From NCBI GenBank assembly GCA_030390025.1, contig CM059432.1, forward strand, positions 29,390,001 through 29,454,000: DNA of 64,000 nucleotides, given 5' to 3'. The position numbers were made by a program, and so were the translations under genes. Source of the stretch: Squalus acanthias. Lineage: Eukaryota. The first letter of the stretch is position 1, and every line of letters begins with the position of its first letter. This document shows positions 13,136 to 24,760 of this stretch, in pieces. The notes below the pieces were generated by a model, which did not search any database, was not told where the DNA came from, and saw only the letters and a program-made list of their open reading frames with translations.

Positions 13136-13885
13136 GAGATGAATTTTAACCTCCCAAAACAGGTGGGTTGTGGTCAGGTGAGATGTTAAAACTTAAAAAA
13201 TCTCAAACCCAACCCCAACCCGGCCGCTTCCGGATTCAACAGAGGCGGGACAAGTGGCGAGCAGCCAACCCGTTCCCAGGAGGCGGGTTGGCCATTTAAA
13301 TATTATAATGAGGCTGGCAGCCTCAGATTTAACCTGCTTCGCAGGTTTAACCCTGGCTGGCTGGGTTTCCCGGGCCTCATGAAACCCGGCAGCTGAAGGG
13401 AAATGAGGACAGCTTCAGGGAGAAGGTAAGTGCCTTTACAGCACTATTTGTCAGTCAGGAGGAGCAGGAGTGCATCCCCCCAGTCCCCCAAGCTTGCCTT
13501 GGATCGGACACCTGCGCCATCAGACCACCCTCTTTACAAACTGCCCCCGGGGTCGGGGATTGGACTCCTCCCTTGGGATCAGGGATCAGACTCTCCCTGG
13601 GATCGCGCCCCACCCCTGGGGTCAGGGATCGGATCCCACCACGCCCCCCACCATGCTCTCAGTAGAAGCTGCAGGCTCCCTACCTGGGGCTGCGGCCTGC
13701 TCCGGAGTGCTTCCCGCCCGACTGGAAGCCAAGTCTGTCAATCAGCCTGACATCCGGGCGGGGATACTGGCAAACAAAAGATACTCACGCCATGGAGTTA
13801 AAACTCCACAGCATACAGGGAAACCGGACTTCCTGGTTTCCCATCCGAATCTCCGCTCCCCCACCTAAACAACCCGCCCCTCTCT
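13136..13885. mobile_element. Probable MITE, GC-rich (similar aattttaac ends at ~160-174 and ~60600)
   Basis: Starts gagatgaattttaacc; repeated cccgcc/aaccc motifs; right TIR not clear. Confidence 0.5.
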
Positions 13886-14009
13886 AGATAACTACTCAAG
13901 CCAATGATAGGCCCTTCACCCCAATAACCTGGTAGGAGATGAGGAAACAATATAATGATTTCAACAAAACCATCCAATAGAAAAATTATCTTCAATTGGG
14001 AGAAATAAT

Positions 14010-14880
14010 GGATATGGTAGTGTTGTGGTTATGGTCAGCATCACTGCAGCAATTCCTCATGGCAGTGTCCTTGGCTCAACCATCTTCATTTGCTTTATCA
14101 ATGACCTTCCCTCTATCATAAGTTCAGGAGTGAGCATGTTTGCTGTTGATTCCACCATGCTCAGCTCCATTCATGACTCCTATGATAAGGAAGCAGCCTA
14201 TGCTGGCCTAGAGAAGGACCTTGACAACATCCAGGCTTGGACTGACAAGTGGCAGGTAGCATTTGTATCACATAAGTGCTAGAGAATGGCCATTTCCAAC
14301 AAGAAAAGGACCAACCACTTCCATCTGATCTTCAACAGCAGCGTCATCTCTGAGTTCCCTACCATCAACTTCCTGGGGGGCCACTACTCATCAGAAGCTT
14401 AACTGGACCAACCATTTCAACACCATGGCTATAAGAACAGGGCACAGGCTGGGTACGCTGGTGAGTGGCTCGTTTCCTTATCCCTCTAAGTCTATTCACT
14501 GTCTACAAGGCTTAAGACAGGAATGTGATGGAATACTCACCACTCGCCTAGAATAGGGCAGCTGCAACAACACTCAAGGAGCTCAACACCATCAGGACAA
14601 AGCTGTCCATTGGATCAGCACTTAGCCACTGAAATCAATATTCACCCCCTCCACCACTGATACACTGTAGTTGCATTATGTATCATCTACAAGAGGCATT
14701 GCAGCAACTCACCAAGCTAACTTTGAAAGTTTCTCCCAGCCTGCAACATCTACTACCAAGAAAAACAAGAGGAGCAAAATTATGGGAACAGCATCACTTC
14801 CAAGTTCCCCTCCAAGGCACACGTATATTGCCGTTCCTCCATCATTACTGGGTCAAAATCCTGGAAATCCCTACCTAACT
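14010..14880 (+). mobile_element. Second LINE family (CR1-clade-like), degraded RT and 3' part
   Basis: IPHGSVLGSTIFICFINDLP...MFAVDST...WTDKWQVAF. Confidence 0.8.
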
Positions 14881-15019
14881 TCTCGCAGGTTGCTAGCAGC
14901 AGTTACTCAATTCCTGAAGACTCCTAGACTCCAGACAGTTTGCCAGCCCTAATTGTTAATGCCAGGTGGAAAATCACCATTTCCAACAGATTTACCTCCT
15001 TACCATGCCTCCAAAAAAA

Positions 15020-15334
15020 GCCCCAATTTTAACTCGGGATAGGTTCAGGACGGGCAGGGTGTGGGGCGGTTGGGAATCCACTGCGGAGAGTTATATGTGA
15101 GGCGTGGGCCATTTTAACTCCCGGGCCTCATTAGCATTGGGCAGAGCTGTCTCCTGCCAGAAACCAGTGGGCAGGAGCAGGATTTCGGGCAGGAGTCTGT
15201 TTTGAGATGAGTAAAAACGGTGGGGGAACGTGAAAGCTTCAGAAATTTGGCTGAACCCTCGGCCCACCCCCGATCGCCATTTTAATGATGCATCCTCTCC
15301 GTACATGCCAAGTGGGCTTGGTTGAAATCTGGGC
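15020..15334. mobile_element. Short MITE
   Basis: TIR GCCCCAATTTTAAC / GTTGAAATCTGGGC. Confidence 0.6.
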
Positions 15335-15842
15335 TTCAGTCGCTATTAAATTTATCAAATTGATAACGTTGATTGCAAGCTCAGGCATGTCCATGAAATT
15401 ACTATTGCTCTGTTCTGCAATTATTATAACAATATCAGGTCATCAGCAACACACTCATTCAACTGTAACCATAAGTGCAATTATAAAACAAATTTGACAA
15501 AACCTAAATCATAGATGCCATGATTCATGATTTAATGTGGCCAGCCTTACTTCTGCATTGCTGGCAGCTTTTTTTTATTACTAAGTGTACCACTATATTA
15601 TAGACTATACTGTGAGTTACAGAAGGTACATCATTAGCAATTGTGCAGTCTTCTTCTTCTTAGGCAGTCCCTCGGAACCGAAGATGACTTGCTTCCACAT
15701 TAAAAATGAGTTCTCAGGTGACTGATGAGTCCAATTGTGCAGTACTAAAGTTGACACATACCACGAGGGTTTCTTTAGATTCTGTCATTGCAGTATGTGT
15801 CAATTTACTGTTTATTATCACTTACCAGTTGCAGGCTGATTA

Positions 15843-15985
15843 CTAGACAGACAGATATAGAGACAGATAGTGACAGCGAGAGGCAGAGGGACAGATCGTG
15901 ACAGAGAGAAAGAGAGACACCAGAGTGAAGAGAGAGTCAGAGAAGAGAGAGAGAAAGGAAGATACACAGACACAGAGAGAGAGAA
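15843..15985. repeat. GA/GACA-rich microsatellite
   Basis: agacagacagatatagagacag...gagagagag. Confidence 0.75.
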
Positions 15986-16318
15986 TTACATAGGATATAC
16001 GGCACAGAAACAGGCCTTTCGGCCCAACCAATGCATGCTAGCGTTTATGCTCCAATCGAGCCTCCTCCCGTCTTTCCTCATCTAATTCTATCAGTATAAT
16101 CCTCTATTCCCTTCTCCCTCATATGCTTATCTAGCTTTCCCTTAAACGCATCTATATTATTCTCCTCAACTACTCCCTGTGGTAGTGAGTACCACATTCT
16201 CACCAATCTCTGGGTAAAAAAGTTTCTTCTGAATTCCCTATTTGATTTCTTGCTGACTATTTTATATTGATGGCCTCTAGTTTTGCTCTTCCTCATGAGT
16301 GGAAACTTATTCCACTTA

Positions 16319-18673
16319 GGATGGGAAATGGCCGATGCCACCACAGACCGAAGTTAACGGTCGCCCGCAAAAAAAGTGCAGGCAGCTATTTTGGTGCTGC
16401 CTGCTGATTTAAATTAGCCAGCGCAAAACCTACCAGTAGTCTCAGCAGGAGGTCCAATGTAGCATGGCCGTAGCATCCCTGGAGCAAGGCAGCGTTCTTT
16501 TAAAGCTAGCCTGTCATTTTAGAAAGCAGTGTCAATCCCTTAAAGGGGAACTGCCTTCTAAAATGAAAAAAATTAAAATAATTTAAAAATATGCAGTCTT
16601 TAGCTCTTCGAGTTCAACTGCCTTCTGAAATAAAGAAACATTAAAACTAATTCCGAAGTGGCAGTCTTCAGCTCTTAAAGCTGAACTGCCTTCCGCACAT
16701 GAAAAAATAGTAAAAGTGCTTCAGCACTAACACAAATGGCTCAACAAGGCAGGGAAGGGGCACCTAGGGTTTCACACTCAGCATTCCAGCTTTGTGCAAG
16801 GGATCAACATTGCAAGAGAGGTCCTCTATCCACAGGGGGCGAGGAGGCCCTCCAGAAAGAACAATGTGGGACCAGGTCACCGAGGCTGGAACTGCCAGTA
16901 GTGTTGACTCCAGGACCTGGCTCCAGTGCCCAAAGAAGTTTCATGACCTCAGACCAGTGGTCAAGGTCAGTGAATGCATCTTCAAAAGCTGTCTCCTATC
17001 AACTGCACCACTAGCCTCACACACTGCTTATTGCACTACCCCCATCCCCCCCCCCAATCACTCACCTACCAACAATCTCGACCAAACACAAGGCACACCT
17101 CCCAATTCCTAGCTTCACCACACCCCCTTGGAGGAGACAGTGCTGGCAATTCTTGGCGGGGGCATGGCTGAGCCATTGGCCAGCGGCTGACAGGATACAA
17201 GACGCTTTTTAAAAGTGTATTCCTGGGATGTGGGCGTCGCTGGCAAGGCCAGCATTTATTGCCCATACCTAATTGCCCTTGAGAAGGTGGTGGTGAGCTG
17301 CCTTCTTCAACCGCTGCAGTCAGTTTGGTGAAGGCTGGTATCCTCATACATTATCATCCTGCTCACATCCCACAATCTCTTCTGATCTACAAGGTGTGCA
17401 TGGTGTAAGCATGCTCTTCTTGCTTTTCCACCCTCCTCTCACCACAACTCTACCCTTGTGCCTTCCTCATTTCAAACATCCAAGAAATCCAGCCTGCCCA
17501 GCCAGTGGGGGGAGAGGAAGAAGAAGAAGAAGAATCTCTTGATTTCACACTCCCAGCCATCAGCTCCTTGAGGTCATCCTGCAAGGCCATCTGCAGTCTG
17601 CCCCACTGAAAGTCAGCAGCCTTCCACCAGCCATGCTGCAGCAACTGGGGTAGCACTGCATAACATCACTAGAATAGGCAAAGGCACACACAAGACAATC
17701 CTTAAAGGAATGCACAAGGGTGATTAATTGATTTCTTGATGTCATATTGGATGAATATATGGATAAAGTTGGATTGGAAAGTTTGCTTTGTGGTGGCTTT
17801 TATTTCAGCATTGTGGCTAAGAGGACGCTGTGATGGTCAGTAACAGAGGGAAAGTAAGATGTGGGACAAATTTTGAAAGGGGAATTGGCATTGTGGTCGC
17901 TGGTACCACAGGCGGATGATTCCATCCCGGCCAGAAAGGGGCTGTCTGAGTTGCATCCTTCCTTCGGCTTCCTCCTCTTCTGCATCTTCCTCTTTTGCTT
18001 CCTCCTCTTCTGCATCTTCCTCTTCTGTTTCTTCCTCTTCTGCTTCTTCCGCTTCCCTCTGCGAGCAGATGCTGGAAATCTGAAATAAAGGCAGAAAATG
18101 CAGGAAATACTCAGCAGGTCAGGCAGCATCCCGACCTGAGATGTTAACTCTGTTTCATTCTCCATGGTTGTTGCCTGACCTGCTGAGTATTTCCAGCATT
18201 TGCTGTCTTCTAAGAGGCCTTCCTTTACCATCCAAAGCCTTGCAAGTATCCAGCAGCACTCCCTGCACACTTTTAAAAACTATTGCACCAAGCCACTACT
18301 TCAATAAAATATTTTTTTTAAGTCCAAAAGCTTAAATCCAAACTTACCCGAAAGGTATGTGTGTTCCTTTAAGAAGTGCGTGGTTAGAACATAAGAATTA
18401 GCAGCAGGAGTAGGCCATACGGCCCCTCGAGCCTGCTCCATGTAAAGGACACAGCGTAAAGGAGAGCGAGTATGTCCAAATTAGCAGTCATGGCGTCAAC
18501 TCAGGCGTTGCACGACGATTGACGTCACGTCCTGCTAATTTACATGTGATAGGCCAGCACTGTCCACGGCAGTGCTATGGCCCTCACCAATATGGCTGCC
18601 GCCGTGTCTCGCGGCGAAAGTTTCAACAAAACTGGCCTTAATGGCCGGTGCTACACCGGGGAATTTTTAGGCC
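16319..18673 (+). mobile_element. Harbinger derivative, second family, copy 1 (contains nested insertions)
   Basis: Myb exon 1 remnant 16736-16965 (MAQQGREGAPR...MWDQVTEA...RTWLQCPKKFHDL); acidic transposase tail on minus strand ~17900-18060; GG...CC ends; interrupts a minus-strand CR1. Confidence 0.75.
18065..18205. repeat. Palindromic short repeat, probably a Penelope-derived inverted tail
   Basis: 37-bp arms cagaaaatgcaggaaatactcagcaggtcaggcagca / tgttgcctgacctgctgagtatttccagcatttgctg. Confidence 0.75.
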
Positions 18674-19323
18674 TCTGTGCCTTCTCTATCAAAACCTTTC
18701 ATAATTTTAAAGACCTCTCTTAGGTCACCCCTCAACCTTCTCTTTCAAGGGAAAAGAGACCCAGCCTGTAGATCCTTTCCCGATAGGTATAACCCCGCAG
18801 TTCTGGTATCATCCTTGTAAATCCTTTTTGCACCCTCTCCAGTGTCTCTATATCTTTTTATAATATGGCGACCAGAACTGCACACATTACTCCAAGTGTG
18901 GTCTAACTAAGGTTCAATACAAGTTTAGCACAACTTCTCTACTTTTCAATTCTCTCCCTCTAGAAATAAACCCTAGTACTTGGTTTGCTTTTGTTATGGC
19001 CTTATTGTAACTTTTAGTGATTTGTGTATTTGTACTCCCAGGGATTGACAGGGTAGATGCTGAGAGGTTGTTTCCCCTGGCTGGAGTGTCTAGAACTAGG
19101 AGGCATCGTCTCAGGATAAGGGGTCGGCCATTTAGGACTGAGATGAGGAGGAATTTCTTCACTCAGAGGGTTGTGAATCTTTGGAATTCTCTGCCCCAGA
19201 TGGCTGTGAATGCTGAGTCTTTGAATATATTCAAGGCTGAGATAGATTTTTGGACTCTAGGGGGATCAAGGGATATGGAGATCAGGTGGGAAAGTGGAGT
19301 TGAGGTCGATGATCAGCCATGAC

Positions 19324-19623
19324 CTCATACGTTACAGGAAAGGATGCCCCGGAGCATGGTACATCAGCGAGACCATGCAGACACTGCGACAACGTATGAA
19401 CGGACACCGCGCAACAATCGCCAGGCAGGATTGTTACCTCCCAGTTGGGGAACACTTCAGCAGTCAAGGACATTCAGCCTCGGATCTTCGGGTAAGCGTT
19501 CTCCAAGGCGGCCTTCGAGACACACGACAACGCAAAATCATCGAGCAGAAACTGATAGCCAAGTTGCGCACCCATGAGGATGGCCTCAACCGGGATCTTG
19601 GGTTCATGTCACGCTACATGTAA
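19324..19623 (+). pseudogene. Penelope GIY-YIG endonuclease fragment
   Basis: LIRYRKGCPGAWYISETMQTLRQRMNGHR...PVGEHF...EQKLIAKLRTHEDGLNRD*. Confidence 0.88.
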
Positions 19624-19954
19624 CCCCACCTGACGTAGAGTCATCCAGACTCGAGTCGTCGTTGGCTTGTTCACAGATGTGATTTCCAGTAAAAAAAGTA
19701 AAAAGTTTAAAGTTTATGGTTTTCCATACAGACTGCAGCATTTGACACATTAGACCCCCTGTGACCCCATCTCATTGTCTTAGTTGTATTTTGCTATGTC
19801 TTTGATATAATGTCTTCCTGACTGACCTGATTGTCTCTCTGCCGAGGTGTGATAAAAGGCAGTCAGAAAGATTAACTGTAGTCGTCTGACATTGTTCTCT
19901 GCACAGGCATTGTTCTCTGTCTATATATGCTGTGCCGATTTGTATTCCTTCACT

Positions 19955-19992
19955 TCACCTGACGAAGGAGCAGCAGCTCCGAAAGCATGTGA
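19955..19992 (+). ncRNA. Minimal type I hammerhead ribozyme motif (Penelope-associated), probably mutated
   Basis: TCAC-CTGACGA-A-GGAGC(AGCA)GCTCC-GAAA-GCAT-GTGA: both core boxes, 5-bp stem II and 4-bp stem I. Confidence 0.72.
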
Positions 19993-20254
19993 TTTCAAAT
20001 AAAACTGTTGGACTATAACCTGGTGTTGTGCGACTTCTCATTTATGATCTTATTGAATGGTGGAGCAGGCTCGAGGGGCCGTATGGCCTACTCCTGCTCT
20101 TATTTCTTATGTTCTTATGTTCTAGTGATCCCTTTGCTCCTCCATCCCATTTAGATTCCTATTTTCCAAGTAATATGTGGCCTTCTTATGTTTCTTATCA
20201 AATGTAATACCTCACACTTATCTGTGTTGAAATTCATTTTACTCCCTTGATTTT

Positions 20255-20512
20255 AGAACATAAGAATGTAAGAATTAGGAGCAGGAATAGGCCATACAGC
20301 CCCTCGAGACTGCACCGCCATTCAATAAGATGATCTTCAACCTCAACTCCACTTTCTGCCCGATCTCCATATCCCTCGATTCTCCTAGAGTCCAAATATC
20401 TATCGATCTCAGCTTTGAATATACTCGATTCAGCATCCACAGTTCTTTATGGTAGAGAATTCCAAATATTCACAACCCTCTGAGTGAAGAAATTCCTCCT
20501 CATCTCAGTCAT
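20255..20512 (-). mobile_element. CR1 3' fragment
   Basis: agaacataagaa tail; IFKAEIDRYLD. Confidence 0.85.
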
Positions 20513-21766
20513 TAATGTTACTGCAAAGCCACATTCAACCTCATCCTGCTGTGCCACTCATCACATCCCCATCACTCTGCCTTCCCTACCCTACTCCTGC
20601 ACATCCTTACTCACACCAACTTACCTTGCACCTCCACCCATCCCTCTCTATCTACATTATCACTTCGCCATTTCACTAACCACCCCTCACACACACCCTC
20701 ATCCCACTGCAAACATACTAACTAACAACACACAAGGGTAGGCACTTGGGTGGTTTAGCCAATGTTCATGTGAAGCTTCTGATAATGTGCTGTCAAACAT
20801 TGAAACCTTTATTTTCAGCACTTTGTGTTCTTGGGCAGATTTGTGTGCACCTTTGGAAGTGGCTTAGTGAGTTGTAGTGAATGGTGAGATATAAGGGTAC
20901 CCCCGCAATGGTGATGAGTGTGAAAGGAATGGCTTGGGCATTGTAGGGATGCTTTATGGTGTTGGTGTGGGGTGGTGCCAACCTGGCGCATCATGTGGCA
21001 TCCAGAGTGTACAGCGTCAGGTGAAGTAAATCTGGCCATGATGAGGCCATCCCTGGCGTCCCGGGCAACAATGTGGTTGGATGCTGATGCCGTGTGTCCT
21101 GTGCAGCATCAGTTGATTGCGGAGAAGGCTGGTGTTGTTGTTGTTGCTGCTAGTGTGCCCGGTGATGCTGGTGTTGCGGCTGATCTTGGTGGGATTCTGA
21201 GGACCAAGGTGATATATTTTTAAGGGCAATGATGCTGCTGGAATAGATGGCAGGTGAGGTTGAGATGACAGAAGCGATCTGTCAATGGTGAGAGAGGTTG
21301 TTCCAATGAGGTGGCACTGGATAGAGAGTTGGCTCCAAACACTTGCAAGCTGCAGAAAGCTCAATCTGTCTTCCAAATGCAGTAACCAACAGTTTCTGAG
21401 CTTTGAAAGTGAACAGCTGTAACATGGGATCTTTTATATAACTTTGGCAGCTGTCAGGTCATGAGATAATTCAATGATGAATCCACTCACGACATGCTGA
21501 GCTGAGCAGTGGGTACCCCGTGGGGAGCACGTAAAATTGAAATGTAGGCTTAAAATAACAGTTAACTGGATGTTAACAGCCCATTTAATGATGTGAATTG
21601 CCTCCCCCGCCGCTTGGTGTCGGGTCTGTTCAGTGCCGACAGACCTGACACCTGGGAGACTCACGTGGAGGCGGGTTGACAGCAGGTTCCCTACTGTCAA
21701 TCTTTGCTATTTTAACAGCTGACCCACCTCCGAACCCGCCCTGAGAGCGCTGGCAAAATTCAGCCC
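20513..21766 (+). mobile_element. Left-truncated Harbinger derivative related to 35221-38386
   Basis: Right TIR TGGCAAAATTCAGCCC; same transposase N/C junction at ~21020-21185; cacaagggtaggcacttg matches the Myb stop region near 37410. Confidence 0.7.
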
Positions 21767-22022
21767 ATTGTTTTTCATGCCACTCAACTTTGCAAAGTAA
21801 TGAGACTACAATGCTACAAAATATGGAGATTTGCATCCATAAGTCTTCATTTTGGTATTCCTTCGTATAGCATGCACTGGGGTAACGTGCTGTGAGGATT
21901 TGTTTTTGAGAGGATTTCTTTTTAAAACAAAGGTGCAATCTCTGAGTCAGATTACCAATCACTGTCAAGTTCTAAATTGCGATTGCCCCAATCCACTTCC
22001 ACGTAGGACCCTTACAGCGAAG

Positions 22023-22160
22023 GTGTCAGTCGTGGCTCAGTGGCTAATATTTATCAATCAACCAACGTCACTAAAACAGATTATCTGGCCATTCTCACAT
22101 TACTGTTGTGGGACTTTGCTTTGTGCAAATTGTCTGCCACATTTCCTACATTACAACGAA
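22023..22160 (+). mobile_element. Internally deleted Deu-domain SINE
   Basis: Head gtgtcagtcgtggctcagtgg fused to the aatatttatc...acagattatctgg segment. Confidence 0.65.
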
Positions 22161-22205
22161 TGCTCCTTTTAAGCTGTGCAGCCACACAGCGCTCTGCAGC
22201 ATATG

Positions 22206-24760
22206 TCACAGAGTCATTCGGCACAGAAGGAGGCCATTCGGCCCATCGAGTCCGTGCCGTCTCTCTGTAGAGCAATCCAGTCAGTCCCACTCCCCCGCTC
22301 TATCCCCATAGCCCTGCAAGTTTATTTCCCTCAAGTGCCTATCCAGTCTCCCCTTGAAAATATTGAGTGTCTCCGCTTCCACCACTTCCATCGGCAGAGA
22401 ATTCCAGGTCCTCACCACTCGCTGCGTAAAAAAGTTTTTCCTCACATCCCCCCTGTATCTCTTGCCCAAAACCTTAAATCTGTGTCCCCTAGTCCTTGTA
22501 CCATCAACTAGTGGGAACAGCCTTTCCCCATCTAGCCTATCCAAACCCGTCATAATCTTGTACACCTCTATCAAAATCACCCTTCAACCTCCTTTGCTCT
22601 AATGAAAACAAATCCAGCTTCTCCAACCTGTCCTTGTAGCTAAGATCCCTCATCCCCAGAACCATTCTGGTAAATCTCCTCTGCACCCTCTCAAGGGCCT
22701 TCACATCCTTCCTAAAGTGTGGTGACCAGAACTGGACCCAATACTCCAGTTGTGGCCTAACCAGTGCTTTATAAAGGTTCAGCATAACTTCTCTACTTTT
22801 CTACTCAAAAGCTCTATTTATGAAGCCCAAGATCCCATATGCTTTGCTAACCACTCTCTCAATATGTCCTGCCACCTTCAGGGACCAATGCACAGTAACT
22901 CCCAGGTCCCTCTGTCCCTGTACACTCTTTAAAACTGTGCCATTAACTGTATATTGCCTCTCCCTGTTCCTTCTGCCAAATGCATCACCTCACACTTCTC
23001 TGTATTAAATTCCATCTGCCACTTGTCTGCTCATTCTGCTAGCCTTTCTATGTCCTGTTGCGGTCGATTGGTATCATCATCACAGTTTGCCACACCCCCA
23101 AGTTTGGTGTCATCGGCAAATTTAGAAATTCTACTCTTTATTCCAATATCCATGTCATTTATATATATAAAAAAAAGCAGTGGCCCCAGCACTGACCCTT
23201 GGGGAACACCACTGCCTACTATCCACCAGTCTGAAAAACAGCCGTTTACCACAACTTGCTGCTTTCTGTCCTTAAGCCAATTCCTTATCCAAGCTGCCAC
23301 TGACCCACCTATTCCATGAGCCTCAATTTTGTTAACCAGTCTTTTATGTGGTACTTTGTCAAATGCCTTCCGAAAATCCATGTAGTCAACATCAATCCTC
23401 CCTGTTACTTCATCAAAAGATTCAATTAGATTAGTCAAACACGATCTGCCCTTTATAAATCCGTGTTGGCTCTCCTTAATTAGCTTAAACCTCTCTAAGT
23501 GCCTGTTAATTTTTTCCTTGATTATTGTTTCTAAAACTTTACCCACCACTGATGTTAAACTGACCGGCCTGTAGTTACTAGGATTGTCCTTACACCCTTT
23601 CTTGAACAATGGTGTCACATCTGTCACTTTCCAATCCTCAGGCTCCTCCCCCGCCATTCTACTCTCATATTCTCTCTTTGCCAATCTTATTTTCATCTTC
23701 ACTTCCCCTCTTAAATTATTGTATTTGGTCTGGTTCTCCTTTTGAAGAATTCACCTGACATGCATCATACAACCTCTTTTTTTATTTCATCATCTTCTCT
23801 ATCTCCCACGTCATCCAAGGAGCCCTTGCTTTGGTTCCCTTACCCTTCCCGCTTGTTGGAATGTACCTAGCCTGTACTTGGATCATCTCCTCCTTAAAGA
23901 TCACCCATTGTTCCGTTACAGTTTTTCCTGTCAGTCTTTGGTTCCATTTTACCCTGGCTAGATCCTTTCGCATCCCATTGAAGTTAGCCCTATTCCAGTT
24001 TAGAAATTCCACTCTAGATTGTTTCTTGCTACTCTCCATTGCTAATCTAAATCTTTTGATACGATGATCACTCGTACCCAAGTGTTCTCCCACAGACACT
24101 TGGTCGACCTGGCCCACCTCATTCCCCAGCATCAGATCCAGCAATGCCTCCTTCCTAGTTGGGCCAAGAACATACTGGTCACGGAAATTCTCCTGAACAC
24201 ATTTCAGAAATTCCTCCCCCTCCTTTCCCTTTACCCTAGCATTAACCCAATCGATATTTGGGTAATTAAAGACCCCAATATCACCACTCTATAGCTCTAG
24301 TATATCTCTGCGATTTCCCTGCAGATTTGCTCCTCTACCTCCCTCTCACTATTTGGAGGCCTATAGAATACCCCCAATTGCATAATCATACCCTGTTTGC
24401 TCCTCAACTCTCACCAAATGGATTCTGTCCTTGTCCCCTCAAGAAAATCCTCCCTTTCCAACACTACAATGTCTTCCTTAATCAGCACTGCCACCCCACC
24501 TCCCTTTTTTCCTTCCCTATCTTTTCTGAACATCTTGTACCCTTGAATATTAAGTGCCCAGTCCTCACCGTTTTTAAGTCATGTTTCCGTTATTGCCGCA
24601 ACATCATATTGCCACACGGATAATTGTGCTTGTAGCTCACCAACCTTATTCACCACACTTTGTGCGTTTACGTACATGCATTCTAAAGCCATTTTCGAAT
24701 TTTTCGTAGTCTTTCTTAGTCTGCTCCAATCTAATATGGTACTACTTCCGCCTCTAGTAC
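22206..24760 (-). mobile_element. Long CR1 ORF2 remnant (endonuclease, RT, C-terminus) with internal deletions
   Basis: LDLMLGNEVGQV...LGTSDH; NYRPVSLTSVVGK; GVPQGSVLGP; SKFADDTKL; LVRPQLEY; FFTQRVV. Confidence 0.93.

Larger units (their letters stand above)
19323..20043 (+). mobile_element. 5'-truncated Penelope-like retroelement
   Basis: GIY-YIG endonuclease C-terminus plus 3' tail with hammerhead motif and AATAAA; inserted in a CR1 3' UTR with ATGA duplicated (19319-22 and 20044-47). Confidence 0.88.
19041..20082 (+). mobile_element. CR1 3' fragment interrupted by Penelope
   Basis: GIDRVDAERLFPLAG...FFTQRVVNLWNSLP; 3' UTR resumes at 20044 with tcttatgt tail. Confidence 0.88.
15985..20240 (-). 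mobile_element. CR1 broken into pieces (15985-16315, 18675-19040, 20085-20240) by later insertions
   Basis: Pieces continue each other along ORF2: TRGHQYK...FFTQRLVRMW; ANQVLGFISRGRELKSREVVLNLY. Confidence 0.75.

Noticed and set aside
17800..18270. Lys/Arg-rich 156-aa ORF
   Set aside because: Alternative frame of the Glu-rich repeat in a transposase tail fused to a hairpin repeat
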